A stretch of 64,000 nt of DNA from Porphyridium purpureum (taxonomy: Eukaryota). The first letter of the stretch is position 1, and each line of letters begins with the position of its first letter. Of the stretch, positions 33,790 through 44,473 are shown in pieces. The notes beneath the pieces were generated by a model. That model saw only the letters and a program-made list of their open reading frames with translations. It searched no databases and had not been told where the DNA came from. Location: positions 1,550,001-1,614,000 of the forward strand of contig VRMN01000002.1 of the NCBI GenBank assembly GCA_008690995.1, written 5' to 3'. A program made the position numbers and the translations under genes.

Positions 33790-34060
33790 CACCCAGACGT
33801 GAGCTCCAATATACCCTTTACTTTCGCTTTGATTTCTGTTGCTCTTATTGTTGTTCTCGTTTATGTTGATATTGATTTCATTGAATGTGACTTATCTGAC
33901 AACATCTTTGAGCATGAGCTTTAGACAGGCAAACGTACATGCTTTCGAGATACGCACCTAACTTTGACTATCTCTACAGTGTTCTATTCCTGCGACAGGG
34001 TTTGCGGCACTTCGCTGAGCTCGATTTCTAAACCACGGACATCGGATGAACCTGCGTCCA

Positions 34061-35350
34061 CTAATCCTTGAAAAAGGGATGTTCCTTGCGAAGTTGCGAT
34101 GCCGGTTTGAAAGAGTCTGGTCCCATACTCCCCGCGCAAATTAGATTCTGCACAAAAGACCAGCCTGCGCCATTGTTCTCATCCAAAAGGCGAATGCCCA
34201 TCTTCCAGCGCGGCTCAGCCTCACAGTACGACCGGAACTGACCCAAGTCGTACTCATATACATCCTCAAAGAGCCTCTTAAACGTCTCCTGGTTTGCCGA
34301 CTCTGCCTGCGGAGTGCTTTCGCCCGGCTCATCCGACAAGAAGCTAAAGATGATCTCCAGAAAGCTGTACCCAAGCGCCTTCAGGTCATCATTCTGGAAA
34401 AACCGGGTCAGCGCTTCCGGACTCACGGCGCCCTTCTCACGGGCGAGGCGCAAGCTCTGATCGTCCAGTTCGGACAGCTGCTGTGCGAAGCCAAGATCGC
34501 GCACCTTGCAGTCAAACAGCGTCGGCGTGGTCTCGTCAAGCGTGTTGACGAGCAGCGATGCAGGACCGAGTGAGCGGTGAACAATGCCGCGGTCATGCAG
34601 AAACCCGACCGCTTCAAGAGCTTCGCTGATGAGCTTGATTAAGAAGAGCTTCTTGCGGCGGAACGCAAGGTCCGGGAACACAAAGTCGAGATAGTTTTGC
34701 GTCTGCTTGTAATTCCTGAGGTTGGCAAGTGTTCTGGTGCCCTCCCAGCGAAAAACGAGCCAAGGACTTCCCTCGTCTGGCACCTTTCCTGCAGAGGGAA
34801 ATGAGCCAGCCCATTTTTTCTGGAACTCGGCCGTGGAAAACCCAGATCCTTTGAAACTACCAAGCAGCGTCGCGACTGGTAACTCAGACATCGAGTCCTG
34901 CGTCAAATCATACAGCCTCTCGTAGATCTTCGCCTCGTTCACCGCCAGCTCGAGCCCTTGCGGCAGGAACTCCTTCAAAAGCACACGCGAATTTCGGCGC
35001 GGCCCGACCGTAATCTTTGCCTCGTACAATCTCACCGATACACCCGAGCTCTCGACAGTCCGTTGCGGCTGTGTCGGGTCTCGCTTTTGGTAATACTCCC
35101 ATTCCGTCACTTCGTAGTAACCTTGCTGCCCACACTGCCTCAAGATCTGAAAGTCAGACGTCGAGAAACGAGCCAAAGCGCACGATATCCTTGTCGACGT
35201 GTGTGAGGTGGGCTGAACCCTTTTCTTTGATGCTTGGCGAAAGCCGCGCGCCTCCAACGTCCTCACAGAGCCCGCATGCGTTACCGTTCTGCGCGTCACG
35301 AAGGATGCGTCAGTTGAGCGCGTGCCGCCGCACACTACAAATCCCATCAT
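34061..35350 (-). CDS. Plastid-targeted protein-kinase-like protein (probable pseudokinase)
   Basis: Transit-like MMGFVVC...; VLLKEF, PWLVFRWEG, FLHDRGIVHRSL, VRDLGFA. Confidence 0.75.
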   Translation of the reverse strand: MMGFVVCGGTRSTDASFVTRRTVTHAGSVRTLEARGFRQASKKRVQPTSHTSTRISCALARFSTSDFQILRQCGQQGYYEVTEWEYYQKRDPTQPQRTVESSGVSVRLYEAKITVGPRRNSRVLLKEFLPQGLELAVNEAKIYERLYDLTQDSMSELPVATLLGSFKGSGFSTAEFQKKWAGSFPSAGKVPDEGSPWLVFRWEGTRTLANLRNYKQTQNYLDFVFPDLAFRRKKLFLIKLISEALEAVGFLHDRGIVHRSLGPASLLVNTLDETTPTLFDCKVRDLGFAQQLSELDDQSLRLAREKGAVSPEALTRFFQNDDLKALGYSFLEIIFSFLSDEPGESTPQAESANQETFKRLFEDVYEYDLGQFRSYCEAEPRWKMGIRLLDENNGAGWSFVQNLICAGSMGPDSFKPASQLRKEHPFFKD

Positions 35351-35464
35351 TCAAGCACCACCATTCGGAACCTGCTGGCTTTTCCTCTCTCCCTTGAGTT
35401 CCAAGTCAACAACAAGCCTGACGAATGCGCTACGCTCAACCTGCATGGAAACCAGAAACCGCCG

Positions 35465-35625
35465 AAACCGAATAAACCGAATAAACCGAATAAACCGAAT
35501 AAACCGAATAAACCGAATAAACCGAATAAACCGAATAAACCGAATAAACCGAATAAACCGAATAAACCGAATAAACCGAATAAACCGAATAAACCGAATA
35601 AACCGAATAAACCGAATAAACCGAA
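35465..35625. repeat. Perfect 9-bp tandem array (AAACCGAAT), about 18 copies
   Basis: 17 full units plus 8 nt, read directly from the sequence, in a divergent intergenic region. Confidence 0.97.
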
Positions 35626-35681
35626 GCATTCGACCAGATGTCTTGAGCTGCAACCAGCCGAAGCGAGACACGGCCGTCAAG

Positions 35682-36908
35682 ATGCCGCTGGCTCTCGTGG
35701 ATGTTGCGATCATCGGCGCTGGACTGTCGGGCCTCACGTGCGCGAATATTCTGCAGCGCGCTGGCTTGCAAGTGGTAGTGATTGAAAAGTCGCGCGGGTA
35801 CGGAGGCCGCGCCGCGACGAAGCGGATTGGCACGTCGGCTACGAGCTCGGAGCGCGCAGACCATGGGTTGCGGTTTTTGAAAAGAGCCAGAAACACAGCA
35901 GAGTCCAGATATAGCTGTGAGGATGCGCTGCAAGCACAGCTGACCGATCGGCTCGTCAAGCAAGGCGTGCTGACCTCATGGCCTGCGCAAGTCCAACATT
36001 TTCGAAAGACCGGTGTCACGACGGTTCTCAAGGACGGGGACCCTGATGTGCAGCTCTACGTCGCGCCCGAAGGAGCAAACAGTATTGGTAAGGCACTTGC
36101 TTTAAATACGAACGTGTGGCTTGATCAGCGCCTTGTGCGCATGCGAGGTTCGGGCAACTTCGTTGACCCGTGGCAATTGGAGCTCGAAAGCACGATCGAG
36201 AACTCGGTGTACCCGCAGAGACTTTCGGCGCGAAGCGTAGTTTTTTCATGCCCTCCAGAACAATCGGCCGAGATTCTGCGACGCGGGGCCAATGCTGCCT
36301 CCAAAAGTACGCTGGAGGCACTGGACGGCGTCAAGTACGACAAGTGCATTGCAGCCATGTGTGCCATCGCGGATTCCGATTCGCTTCCGCGCGAGCTAGC
36401 GTCATTCCAGTGCGCGAGCTTTGAATCTCACCCGCTGCTTGCGTGGGCACAGCTAGAATCATCCAAGCGTAGGCAGAAACATGCCGTTTTAACTGTGCAT
36501 TCAAGCGCGCAGTTTGGCGAGGAGCATTTTGATAACATTGAGGCGCTCCCGGCTGCCGGTGAGACGCTACTACAGACGGCACTTCGACACCTAGGCGTCA
36601 CCGACACGGACGCATCTTTTAAGCGGGTGGCACGGGACCGTCTCGTAGCGCATCGATGGAAGTACGCGTTTGTGCGCAAACCGTATTCCGGTGGCTCCTT
36701 CCTGAGCGACGAGCTCGACGCGTCACTGGTGTTTTGCGGAGACTGGTGCCGTGCGGCATCAGAAGCAGACAAGCCAGCGACCTTGCCGTCAAAATCAAAC
36801 GTGGACGCTGCGCATGATACGGAGCACGCCGGGTTTGCCCTCGCTTCAGGTCAAGATGCCGCCAACCACGTTCTGTGTCGCCTCCAGCAGCCAAAGCCAA
36901 GTCTGTAG
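35682..36908 (+). CDS. Renalase-like FAD/NAD(P)-dependent oxidoreductase
   Basis: VAIIGAGLSG, IEKSRGYGGRAAT, ADHG, HRWKYA, FCGDWC. Confidence 0.9.
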   Translation: MPLALVDVAIIGAGLSGLTCANILQRAGLQVVVIEKSRGYGGRAATKRIGTSATSSERADHGLRFLKRARNTAESRYSCEDALQAQLTDRLVKQGVLTSWPAQVQHFRKTGVTTVLKDGDPDVQLYVAPEGANSIGKALALNTNVWLDQRLVRMRGSGNFVDPWQLELESTIENSVYPQRLSARSVVFSCPPEQSAEILRRGANAASKSTLEALDGVKYDKCIAAMCAIADSDSLPRELASFQCASFESHPLLAWAQLESSKRRQKHAVLTVHSSAQFGEEHFDNIEALPAAGETLLQTALRHLGVTDTDASFKRVARDRLVAHRWKYAFVRKPYSGGSFLSDELDASLVFCGDWCRAASEADKPATLPSKSNVDAAHDTEHAGFALASGQDAANHVLCRLQQPKPSL

Positions 36909-38613
36909 ATGTAAGGGATTTACGTCTATTGCTGTATTACAGGACGCACCGGTTGAAAAGTGGTACCGCTTCTCGATCGTGTGCCCATGCGGATGCGTGT
37001 TGCGGTCGCGCGGCAGAATCGGGCACGCGAACCAGCGAAAGAGGCATGCGGGACGGAACCGAGATGCACCATTCCGGAAAGACGCCCCTGCCATGAAGCT
37101 TGAGACCGCAATCCCCTTTTTCATTTGTTGAGTGACGGGGTTCTGCGAAGAAACACGAGCCCATCTCGGCTGTGCTGCATGCATCACACAGACAACGACA
37201 TCGGGAATATGCGGAACAAACGCTTTGTGTGCGGAACAGGAACTATGCAAGACTGAGTTTGCTGCATTTCTTGACCGGTCATAAGCTGAACGTGTTGAAG
37301 GGGAGGATAAACCGGGTAGAAGAAGAACGCTGTTCTGCGCTTTGTTGGGTGTGTAGCGTGAGAAGGTGGAAAATGCCTTGGAGCACGCTTCGAACTGTTG
37401 TTTGAATTCATGATTCTGTGCAACGCAATGCGCGACTCGCGTAGCCACCCTCGGCCTTTGCCGAGTGGGCGGAGAAAGTGGCTGGGTGTCACGTGCTCGA
37501 AGTTCCCCCGATGACCGTTCTGGACGAGCTCAAGAGCGCGGGCGTTCATTGTTTTCATCCAGGCCATTATTCAGTGTGTGGCTGTCATGGGAAAGCAATC
37601 TTCTCGAGCGCGAACGTTTCCGCTGTTGCGCAATCGAGGGCGTGAGACCAGATATCTTTCCGGAGCAGAACAGTCGTCGCTGAGTGGAGCGTGGCTGTGC
37701 GGAAATGTCCAAAACACTCGTCAGTATGTTGTGGGATTTCGGAACGCGTCGCCCGTCAGACAGACAGATGAGTAGCGTGACCAAGAAATGCTGGTCACTC
37801 AACTTGCCATAGCATCGCCGGCGTGCGAAAGTCCGGTCCGACAGCGGTGGAGGACCACGCAGTGGAAGTTGAGACGGGCTTTGGTGAGTCTGATAGATTG
37901 CGGCTGGTGGCAAATGTGTTGCGGAATGGGTTCCGCTCCTGATGTTGTCGCTCGATTGCCCGGTAGGCGATTTGAACAAAAGGACTACGCGACATGACCT
38001 GTCTAGGGACGTCTTTTCTTGCACAAGCAATAGGAGCGCAGATGTGCCGTTGCATATCCGTGTGTAATTTTTGTGCCCTGTTGTGACTCTTCTACAGGTG
38101 CGTTGGTTCCGGTGGCAAAATCTTTGACAGTCGTCTGCACCATTCTACTTTTTCCCTCGGCGCGTTCCGTGCTGTGCCGTGCCGTGCCGCCTGCAAGAGC
38201 CCCTCAGACTCCTTGCTCCACTCGATGCGGCGCAGCTCGTGTGACCACGCCGTCTTACACTCCTATTTCTCGCGGCTCCGCAAAATATGAGAACCGCAAA
38301 TGTAAGCACGTGATCCGGTGCCCGGCTGGAGCTGGAGCGAATTTGGTGGACGCAGAGCGCGACAGCGCGACATGTGATGTGCGATGTGCGACGTCACAAC
38401 AGACGCCCTGCGCGGCACGTCATGATGGCGGTGCAACCAGTCTGTGCTGCCTACAAAAGAAGGAAGGGTTTGGCGCAAAAGCAGAAGCTGACGCGCCAGA
38501 GCGCGCTGTCGTTTCACGAACGCCTGTTGGCAGAAGGGACAAGAAAAGGATAGACCCGGCGTCCCGGTCGCCAAGCGAGGAACAGCGACAACAGCCTCAG
38601 ATAGAAAGGAAGA

Positions 38614-39336
38614 ATGGAGCAGCTAGTTGAGGGCGTGCGCGCGGTGGCGCTGAGTCGGGCTGCGCCGAGTAGAGTGGGATTGGGATTGAATACTTGGTTC
38701 GGTCAGCCTGAGTTGCTCATGCTCTACAATGCGAAGCTGGACACGTTCAGTGAACCGGAACCCTTTGCGGAAAAAGTCAAAAAGGTGGCCAAGTCGGGCG
38801 TCCACGAGACGCACAAGCTCACCATACTCGACGAACAGTTGGACGCGGCCATACATTACCAGTTCCGCCCGGACACGAACGTGCTGTACGTGGCGGTAAC
38901 TGGCAAACGCTACCCACAAGCGCGCGCGTTCCAGCTGTTGCGCAAGGCGGTGCGGGAGACTGAAGGGCTGTACGGAGCAGAACTCTCGCGCGTAGGCCCG
39001 GCACAGCTGAATGGAGATGTCGAGCTGCGAAACTTGCTCATTGACTTGTGCGTAGAGTTTCGCTACGATTCACGTGTGGCTCAAGTGGACGAGCAGCTCG
39101 ATGAAGTCAAGCTGGTTATGCAGCAGAACATAACTGCCGCGATGGCGCGTGGGGAGAAGCTCGAAATCCTGCAGGACAAGACGGAGCAAATGAACCTCGA
39201 GGCCGGCGAATTCAACCGTTCAGCTGCAGAAGTGAGAAACGATTTCTGGCGTGAGAACATGAAACTGATCGCTGCGATCAGCCTGGCGACGTTGATTCTC
39301 ATTCTCATCCTCATACTTGTGTTCACGCTGCGATAG
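38614..39336 (+). CDS. Longin-type R-SNARE (VAMP7-like)
   Basis: Longin-like N-terminus (YVAVTGKRYPQARAFQLL), synaptobrevin helix VKLVMQQNITAAMARGEKLEILQDKTEQM, C-terminal TM helix. Confidence 0.88.
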   Translation: MEQLVEGVRAVALSRAAPSRVGLGLNTWFGQPELLMLYNAKLDTFSEPEPFAEKVKKVAKSGVHETHKLTILDEQLDAAIHYQFRPDTNVLYVAVTGKRYPQARAFQLLRKAVRETEGLYGAELSRVGPAQLNGDVELRNLLIDLCVEFRYDSRVAQVDEQLDEVKLVMQQNITAAMARGEKLEILQDKTEQMNLEAGEFNRSAAEVRNDFWRENMKLIAAISLATLILILILILVFTLR

Positions 39337-39572
39337 GAGATGCCACGAAAGGGTACATATATTAAAGTTTACATTCGGCTGGGAGTTAGTCCATCTGTTG
39401 GGGGCGCTAAAGACTGGAGGCCACTCCTCCTCAAAAGCCTAATCGCAAGCCTATCCTGCTGCTGACCGCGAACCCAAACGCGCGTTGGAACGAGACACGC
39501 GTCGCCGGTCGCTTTCGTCACCCTCGACCCTTCCCCGAGGGGCTGCTGCGCTGGCGCGGCGAGCCTCCCCTT

Positions 39573-39833
39573 CTAGGCCCCGACACGGTCCCGCGGGATG
39601 AGTCGCAGCTCGGAGCCATGCTTGAGAAACACATTTCCGCACGACTGGTTTGGCTGGACGCCGATGCCATCGTTCGTGATGATGGCGCTGGTCGCGGCCG
39701 GCACCTTGAACTCCTCTGCGGTGTACTTGACGACGGCCAGGAACGGCGCGTCCTCCGGCACGCTGACCACGCGGAACGGCAGCTTGGGGTCTGACGCGAG
39801 CGTGATCTTGAACGACACCTTTGCCCCCGCCAT
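39573..39833 (-). CDS. UFM1: Ubiquitin-fold modifier 1
   Basis: [16 protein letters not shown]...[10 protein letters not shown]...[20 protein letters not shown]. Confidence 0.98.
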   Translation of the reverse strand: MAGAKVSFKITLASDPKLPFRVVSVPEDAPFLAVVKYTAEEFKVPAATSAIITNDGIGVQPNQSCGNVFLKHGSELRLIPRDRVGA

Positions 39834-40822
39834 CCTCACATCCACGCACGGTTCACCGCCCCACAACCGCACCACCCCACCTCCCTCCTCTGTCTACTCC
39901 CGGAACTCCCCCCCCCCTGCCATCCAACCCTAATCCTTCTGTCCAACCATTCACAGTACCGTATCCCTCCAACCAAGTACAGTTCCGAATCCTCCAGAAC
40001 ATGCTTTTCCATTTTCCGTGGTGTCCACGGCGGGAGACCTTATTTTTTCCCCCCCCCCTCCTTTTGATTTTGGGTTGGGGGCGGAGCGGAAACCCTTCCC
40101 CCCCCGCTTTTCGGTTCTTTCGTGTCTTTCTGTGTGTGTCTGTCACGTGTTGCGGAGATTTAACCACGAACGTCTAGTAAAAACAGACTGGTTTGATAGG
40201 CATTCACGCATAAGCGTTGAGGCACGAAGTAAGATTTCCTGCCATGATGGAAACGCGACACAGAACACCCTGCGGAGGTTGGCTGTACTTGAGTGTGTGT
40301 AAACGTGGCTGTTTGTGTATGCGTGCGCGTCGGACCGGCCGACTAGGTGAGGAGGTTTGGGATCATGGCTGGACAAAGTGCGCGTGGTGAATATGACCGG
40401 TTGGAGGAAGGGGCGGAATAAGGAGAGAAGAGGAAAGGAGAAGACGAGGAGAGGAGACGAGGAGAGGGTGGAGGGAGCTGCTGCTGTGTGTGTGGAGTGC
40501 CGCGGGGTGGTGGTGGTCATAGTCATACGCAGCGCGGATAGGGAGTAGGACGCGGTTCGGGGTCTTGGGTCTGCGCGGAAAGAGGCGAGCGACGACAGCA
40601 CGTATTTATAAGTTGTGGTTGTGTGTGTGTGGGGGGAGAGGAAAAGAGAGAGTCTCTGTCGTCAGGAGAGTTGAGGGGCTCCGGAAGAGGCGCAGTTGGA
40701 ACGTTCAGGAGCGTCAGCCGCGCGGGAGAAAGTTTTTTGTCAACGGGTATCGCGAGGACTGGCTTGCCGGTTTGGTTTCTGGAGCGTGCCGGTTGAGAAC
40801 ACGGAGCAGGTTGGTAGGAAAC

Positions 40823-41878
40823 ATGGGAATTGCGTTTGTGTTCGGAGCGGTGCCTGCCACGGCGCCAAATGAACAAATGCGTGGGCGCCTGGCAAGCGAA
40901 ATACGGGAACGACGAACTGTCCTTGTCGGCGCAAGAGTAGGTGTAAGAGGCTCCGTACGGAGCCTCGGCACCGTGGCAGTGAGCAGAAGCTTGACAAGGA
41001 CGAATGTAGGTGGCGAAGCAGGTCCCTCGGCCGGTCGTTCTGGCAGCAGCCATGAGGTAGCGGCGGCGCCAGTCCACCAGGTGCTGGTCAATTTGGTACG
41101 GCTATGTGGCAGCGTGTGGAAGAGAATGCTGCTGGTCGTTCTGGCGGGCTGTGTCGCGTGCGTGCTCGGCCTCGTCGGTGGGCGACCAAGCATTCTAATG
41201 GGTTCGCAGCCTGCGCACGCGGCAACGGTGTCGCGCGTCGCGCGTGTGTCGTACGGGACTTCGTCGGCAGCAGCGAAGAAGAGCGATACCCAGACCCTGC
41301 TAGTTGGAACACTGGCCGCCGTTGGCGTGATGTTGGTGGTAAAGACATTGCGTTCCAAGGCCAGTGCGAAGAGCAACCTGAAAGACGATGCCGAGATTGA
41401 AGTGGTCAGGTACGACAAGATTATGGAGGAACAATGGAAGAAGGAAGACCGCGAGAAGAAGGCGTCCGCCGCTCGCGAGGCGACCACCGATGATATTATG
41501 GAAGAGCTGAAGAAAAGGCTTAAGGACGTGGAGTCAACAATGCCGGACGCGCAAACGGCAGACAAGCCGCAGGAGATGACAGACATCATCAAGTCGCTGG
41601 AGCAGATGTGGGGCGAGGACAAGGGAAAGAAGGGAAGCGACTCTGACTCTGACGACAATTCTGAGGATAGCATTCGCATGGGCTCATGGGGCGGCACGGG
41701 GTCGGCTCTTTTGGAGCCCCCGTCGGGATCGACGCCGGAACCGAACGAGCAGCCAAAGGAGGAGAATCCTCCTCAAGTTGCTGCAGATACGCTGAGAATG
41801 CTGAGGAGCTGCTGGGAGGCGTCAGACGACGAGGGCGGGAACGACAAGGATTCCAGAAAGAAGGGTGGCAAAAAGTAG
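40823..41878 (+). CDS. Hypothetical plastid (thylakoid) membrane protein
   Basis: MGIAFVFG transit-like start, hydrophobic segment ending QPAHA (A-x-A), second TM helix, charged C-terminal tail. Confidence 0.7.
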   Translation: MGIAFVFGAVPATAPNEQMRGRLASEIRERRTVLVGARVGVRGSVRSLGTVAVSRSLTRTNVGGEAGPSAGRSGSSHEVAAAPVHQVLVNLVRLCGSVWKRMLLVVLAGCVACVLGLVGGRPSILMGSQPAHAATVSRVARVSYGTSSAAAKKSDTQTLLVGTLAAVGVMLVVKTLRSKASAKSNLKDDAEIEVVRYDKIMEEQWKKEDREKKASAAREATTDDIMEELKKRLKDVESTMPDAQTADKPQEMTDIIKSLEQMWGEDKGKKGSDSDSDDNSEDSIRMGSWGGTGSALLEPPSGSTPEPNEQPKEENPPQVAADTLRMLRSCWEASDDEGGNDKDSRKKGGKK

Positions 41879-42142
41879 ATCCTTTGCAGGAAACCCGGCG
41901 ATGTGGCCCAGGGCGTGCTTGCTGTAGTTTTGTCTTTTTTGACTGGTTAAACTCGCATGCACGCAACGTCGAATCTACAGTTTTACAAAGCCGCTTTTGT
42001 GCGGAAGCTCCAAGTGTGGTTGAATAAATACATTCTCCATACTCCACACGAGGATGTCTCCAAACAGCGTTGAGAAGACATCTAGTGCTTAAATCGTGGC
42101 CGGACGGATTAAATCTCTCGCGTCGCGCAGAATCAGTTAACA

Positions 42143-42198
42143 ATCAGCACAGTAATGATCAGCACAGTAATGATCAGCACAGAAATGATCACCACAAC
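42143..42198. repeat. 15-bp tandem repeat (ATCAGCACAGTAATG), about 3.5 copies
   Basis: Units start at 42143, 42158 and 42173, with a degenerate fourth at 42188, in a convergent intergenic region. Confidence 0.85.
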
Positions 42199-42325
42199 AC
42201 GATACGCGGTGCACCCGTGCCGCACCGGATGCGTTGACGCATGGACTCGGCAAACCCGACTTGGAATCGCCCCGAAGTACAAAGCGTGAGGCTCCACACT
42301 TCATAGAATGCCACAAGAGGCCGTC

Positions 42326-44278
42326 TCATGCACGCTCCCCCAAGTCTTCTTCTTCCTGTGACCGCGGTTGTTCAGGAGTTTCTGGGACGTCCGCGAGTGT
42401 GTATCCCCGTGTTTCTCGCACGAAAAGCAATGATGCCACACTTATCGCACTGAGGACTGCAATAACGATCAATCCAAAGCCCGAGTTCATCAGAAACGGC
42501 GCCAATATGGGTCCGGCGTGACCGCATAAAGAGGCCAACGCGACGCCAAAGTTCCGGCTTGTACTCGGCACTAATTCCGCGGCATACACATAAGTTAGAG
42601 TCGAAGCTCCGAGTGCTGCCATGCGCGCAATCAGCGTGAATGCGCGTTCCAAGCTTTGCGATAACGAGACAAATGACATGATCACCCCGCACAGCGCGAT
42701 CACGCAGAAGTATCCTATGAGTGTTGTCCGCCTCCCAAATGTATTCGCAAATAAAACCATTGTGATGTGCGTCGGTACTTCAACAAGCGCACCTAGCACG
42801 GCCGCAAGGTATACACTGGCGCCAGGCATGAGATGTGTGGCAAACGCAATGGCATAGTACGAACCCGTGCCGACAAACTGGCTTAAACACACCGTAATTG
42901 TTGACAACCATAGCGCGCGGCTGAAGAGACTAGAAAACGCATGCCACATACTGAAAGTTCCCGGCTCCGGATGTACGCGTTCTTCTTTTGACAATGAGTC
43001 TGTGTTGCCTGCTGTAAACCCGCCACCACTGCTGGCGATAGAACGTGTCGAGCCTGAGGGTCGGCCCATAGAGGGCTCGTCACCATCCGCCACTTGCGCA
43101 GAGCTGTTTGTGGTCACGTATGCGTGCGGATAATTTAGCGCATCCATCACGTCAAAAGGAAGTGCGACGCCATTGATTTCTGCAATCACAATCACTTGCC
43201 CAATGGCGAGGCGCAGATTGCCAGCGACGGTGAAGTAGCGCGGCGACTCGGGTAAAATTGTTCGCACGAGCATGAGCGACAGAATTGACGGGAATTGTAG
43301 CAACACCAAAAAGCCCCACGGTTGACGCCGGAGCTGGTACGTTATGAGTGACGTGAAGAGAAGCGACAGTGACCAGCAACATGAAAAGACACCTTTGCAC
43401 AGCGCGCGCTTTGACGAGTCCATAAACTCAAGCGCGAGCACTAGCGTGCCATTGAAAACTCCGCATGTTCCAAACCCTGAAATCGCACGACAAATCAAAA
43501 GAAACGTGAAATTCGACGCGTTTGCAAACATGGCGATTCCAGGGACAGTCATTACCAGGAAAGCTATCAGCACGGCGCGCCGTCTACCGCGCGTGTCCGC
43601 AATGGCCGCCCAAAAGGGAAGCCCGAGACAGTATCCCAAGAAAAAGACGCTCGAAATTAAATCGGCTTGTAATTCCGACACGCCAAACAGCTCTTCCAAT
43701 CTGGGAATCAGGACGGCAGGCATGAGCATATTGACACCGGCCGCAAAGAAGCATGTTGAACAAAGCCACAGAAGCCGTATTTGAAACTTACCGAACCCGC
43801 CTGCGTGAGCAAGTAAGCTGTCAATAGTTTCCGGGGAACGGTTGATCACGTGCGCCGGCGTGAGTTGCAACACATCCTCATCTAAATACCCAGACGAGCT
43901 GGACCTAACCAGAGCGCTGTGCCCACTGCGTGACCCAACACGCGATATGACGCGCTCACCGGGCTCCGCACCTTCTGTATCCGATGAGAATGCGAACGTG
44001 TTCTCGTGCGAAGAGTTGCGCCTGCTGAGCGTATTTTTCCTGCTGAAGCGCATCTGCGTCGGAGGCGGCGGGTTGAGGCTGGTATTCCCCGGCCCGAAAT
44101 CGTCCGAGCCACCCAGACCACTCATACTGGAGGGCCCTGCCTGTCGTGGAGGATGCTGCAAACGAGGTAACTCGACTTTCCAAGCAAGCGACTTTCCTAT
44201 AGACCGATCGCGCGCCGGACCTGGCGGAGGCATGAAAGACGAAGGAGGGATGTGTGACGACGTGCGCTTGTCAGTCAT
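42326..44278 (-). CDS. MFS transporter, organic-cation/SVOP-like
   Basis: GGFGKFQ, IADTRGRR, LPESPRY, FANTFGRR, YVYAAELVPSTSRN, VRETRG; about 12 TM segments. Confidence 0.9.
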   Translation of the reverse strand: MTDKRTSSHIPPSSFMPPPGPARDRSIGKSLAWKVELPRLQHPPRQAGPSSMSGLGGSDDFGPGNTSLNPPPPTQMRFSRKNTLSRRNSSHENTFAFSSDTEGAEPGERVISRVGSRSGHSALVRSSSSGYLDEDVLQLTPAHVINRSPETIDSLLAHAGGFGKFQIRLLWLCSTCFFAAGVNMLMPAVLIPRLEELFGVSELQADLISSVFFLGYCLGLPFWAAIADTRGRRRAVLIAFLVMTVPGIAMFANASNFTFLLICRAISGFGTCGVFNGTLVLALEFMDSSKRALCKGVFSCCWSLSLLFTSLITYQLRRQPWGFLVLLQFPSILSLMLVRTILPESPRYFTVAGNLRLAIGQVIVIAEINGVALPFDVMDALNYPHAYVTTNSSAQVADGDEPSMGRPSGSTRSIASSGGGFTAGNTDSLSKEERVHPEPGTFSMWHAFSSLFSRALWLSTITVCLSQFVGTGSYYAIAFATHLMPGASVYLAAVLGALVEVPTHITMVLFANTFGRRTTLIGYFCVIALCGVIMSFVSLSQSLERAFTLIARMAALGASTLTYVYAAELVPSTSRNFGVALASLCGHAGPILAPFLMNSGFGLIVIAVLSAISVASLLFVRETRGYTLADVPETPEQPRSQEEEDLGERA

Positions 44279-44456
44279 TCCGAAATTTGTCCCACCGAGG
44301 ACATTTTTCGGGGCACCCACGTTCCACTGCCCGCCACGCGCACCGCGTTCTACCGAATTCCCGCGCCTTCGTCCTCTTCCTTTCTCCCCCACTCTGCACC
44401 TGCCACGCACACGCACTCACCTCCGGCTTTCGGCGTGAACTGTAAGTCCCCAAGAC

Positions 44457-44473
44457 GTACAGTTACACTGTAC
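44457..44473. promoter_or_regulatory. Palindromic element GTACAGT-N3-ACTGTAC in a divergent promoter
   Basis: GTACAGTTACACTGTAC between the MFS (-) and ERG4 (+) starts; near-identical copy at 60994. Confidence 0.6.

Noticed and set aside
35465..35625. CRISPR array or telomere
   Set aside because: Contiguous 9-bp units with no spacers and no cas genes; internal position and no G-rich telomere-like strand
35322..35681. N-terminal (NRI)n extension of the oxidoreductase
   Set aside because: The Rossmann motif begins right after ATG 35682; the extension is most simply a stop-free reading of the repeat
37825..37840. RNase P/MRP-like GAAAGTCC
   Set aside because: No matching 3' P4 strand found
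40714..41697. 327-aa minus-strand ORF
   Set aside because: Antisense to the better-structured + strand plastid protein; Ser-rich shadow composition
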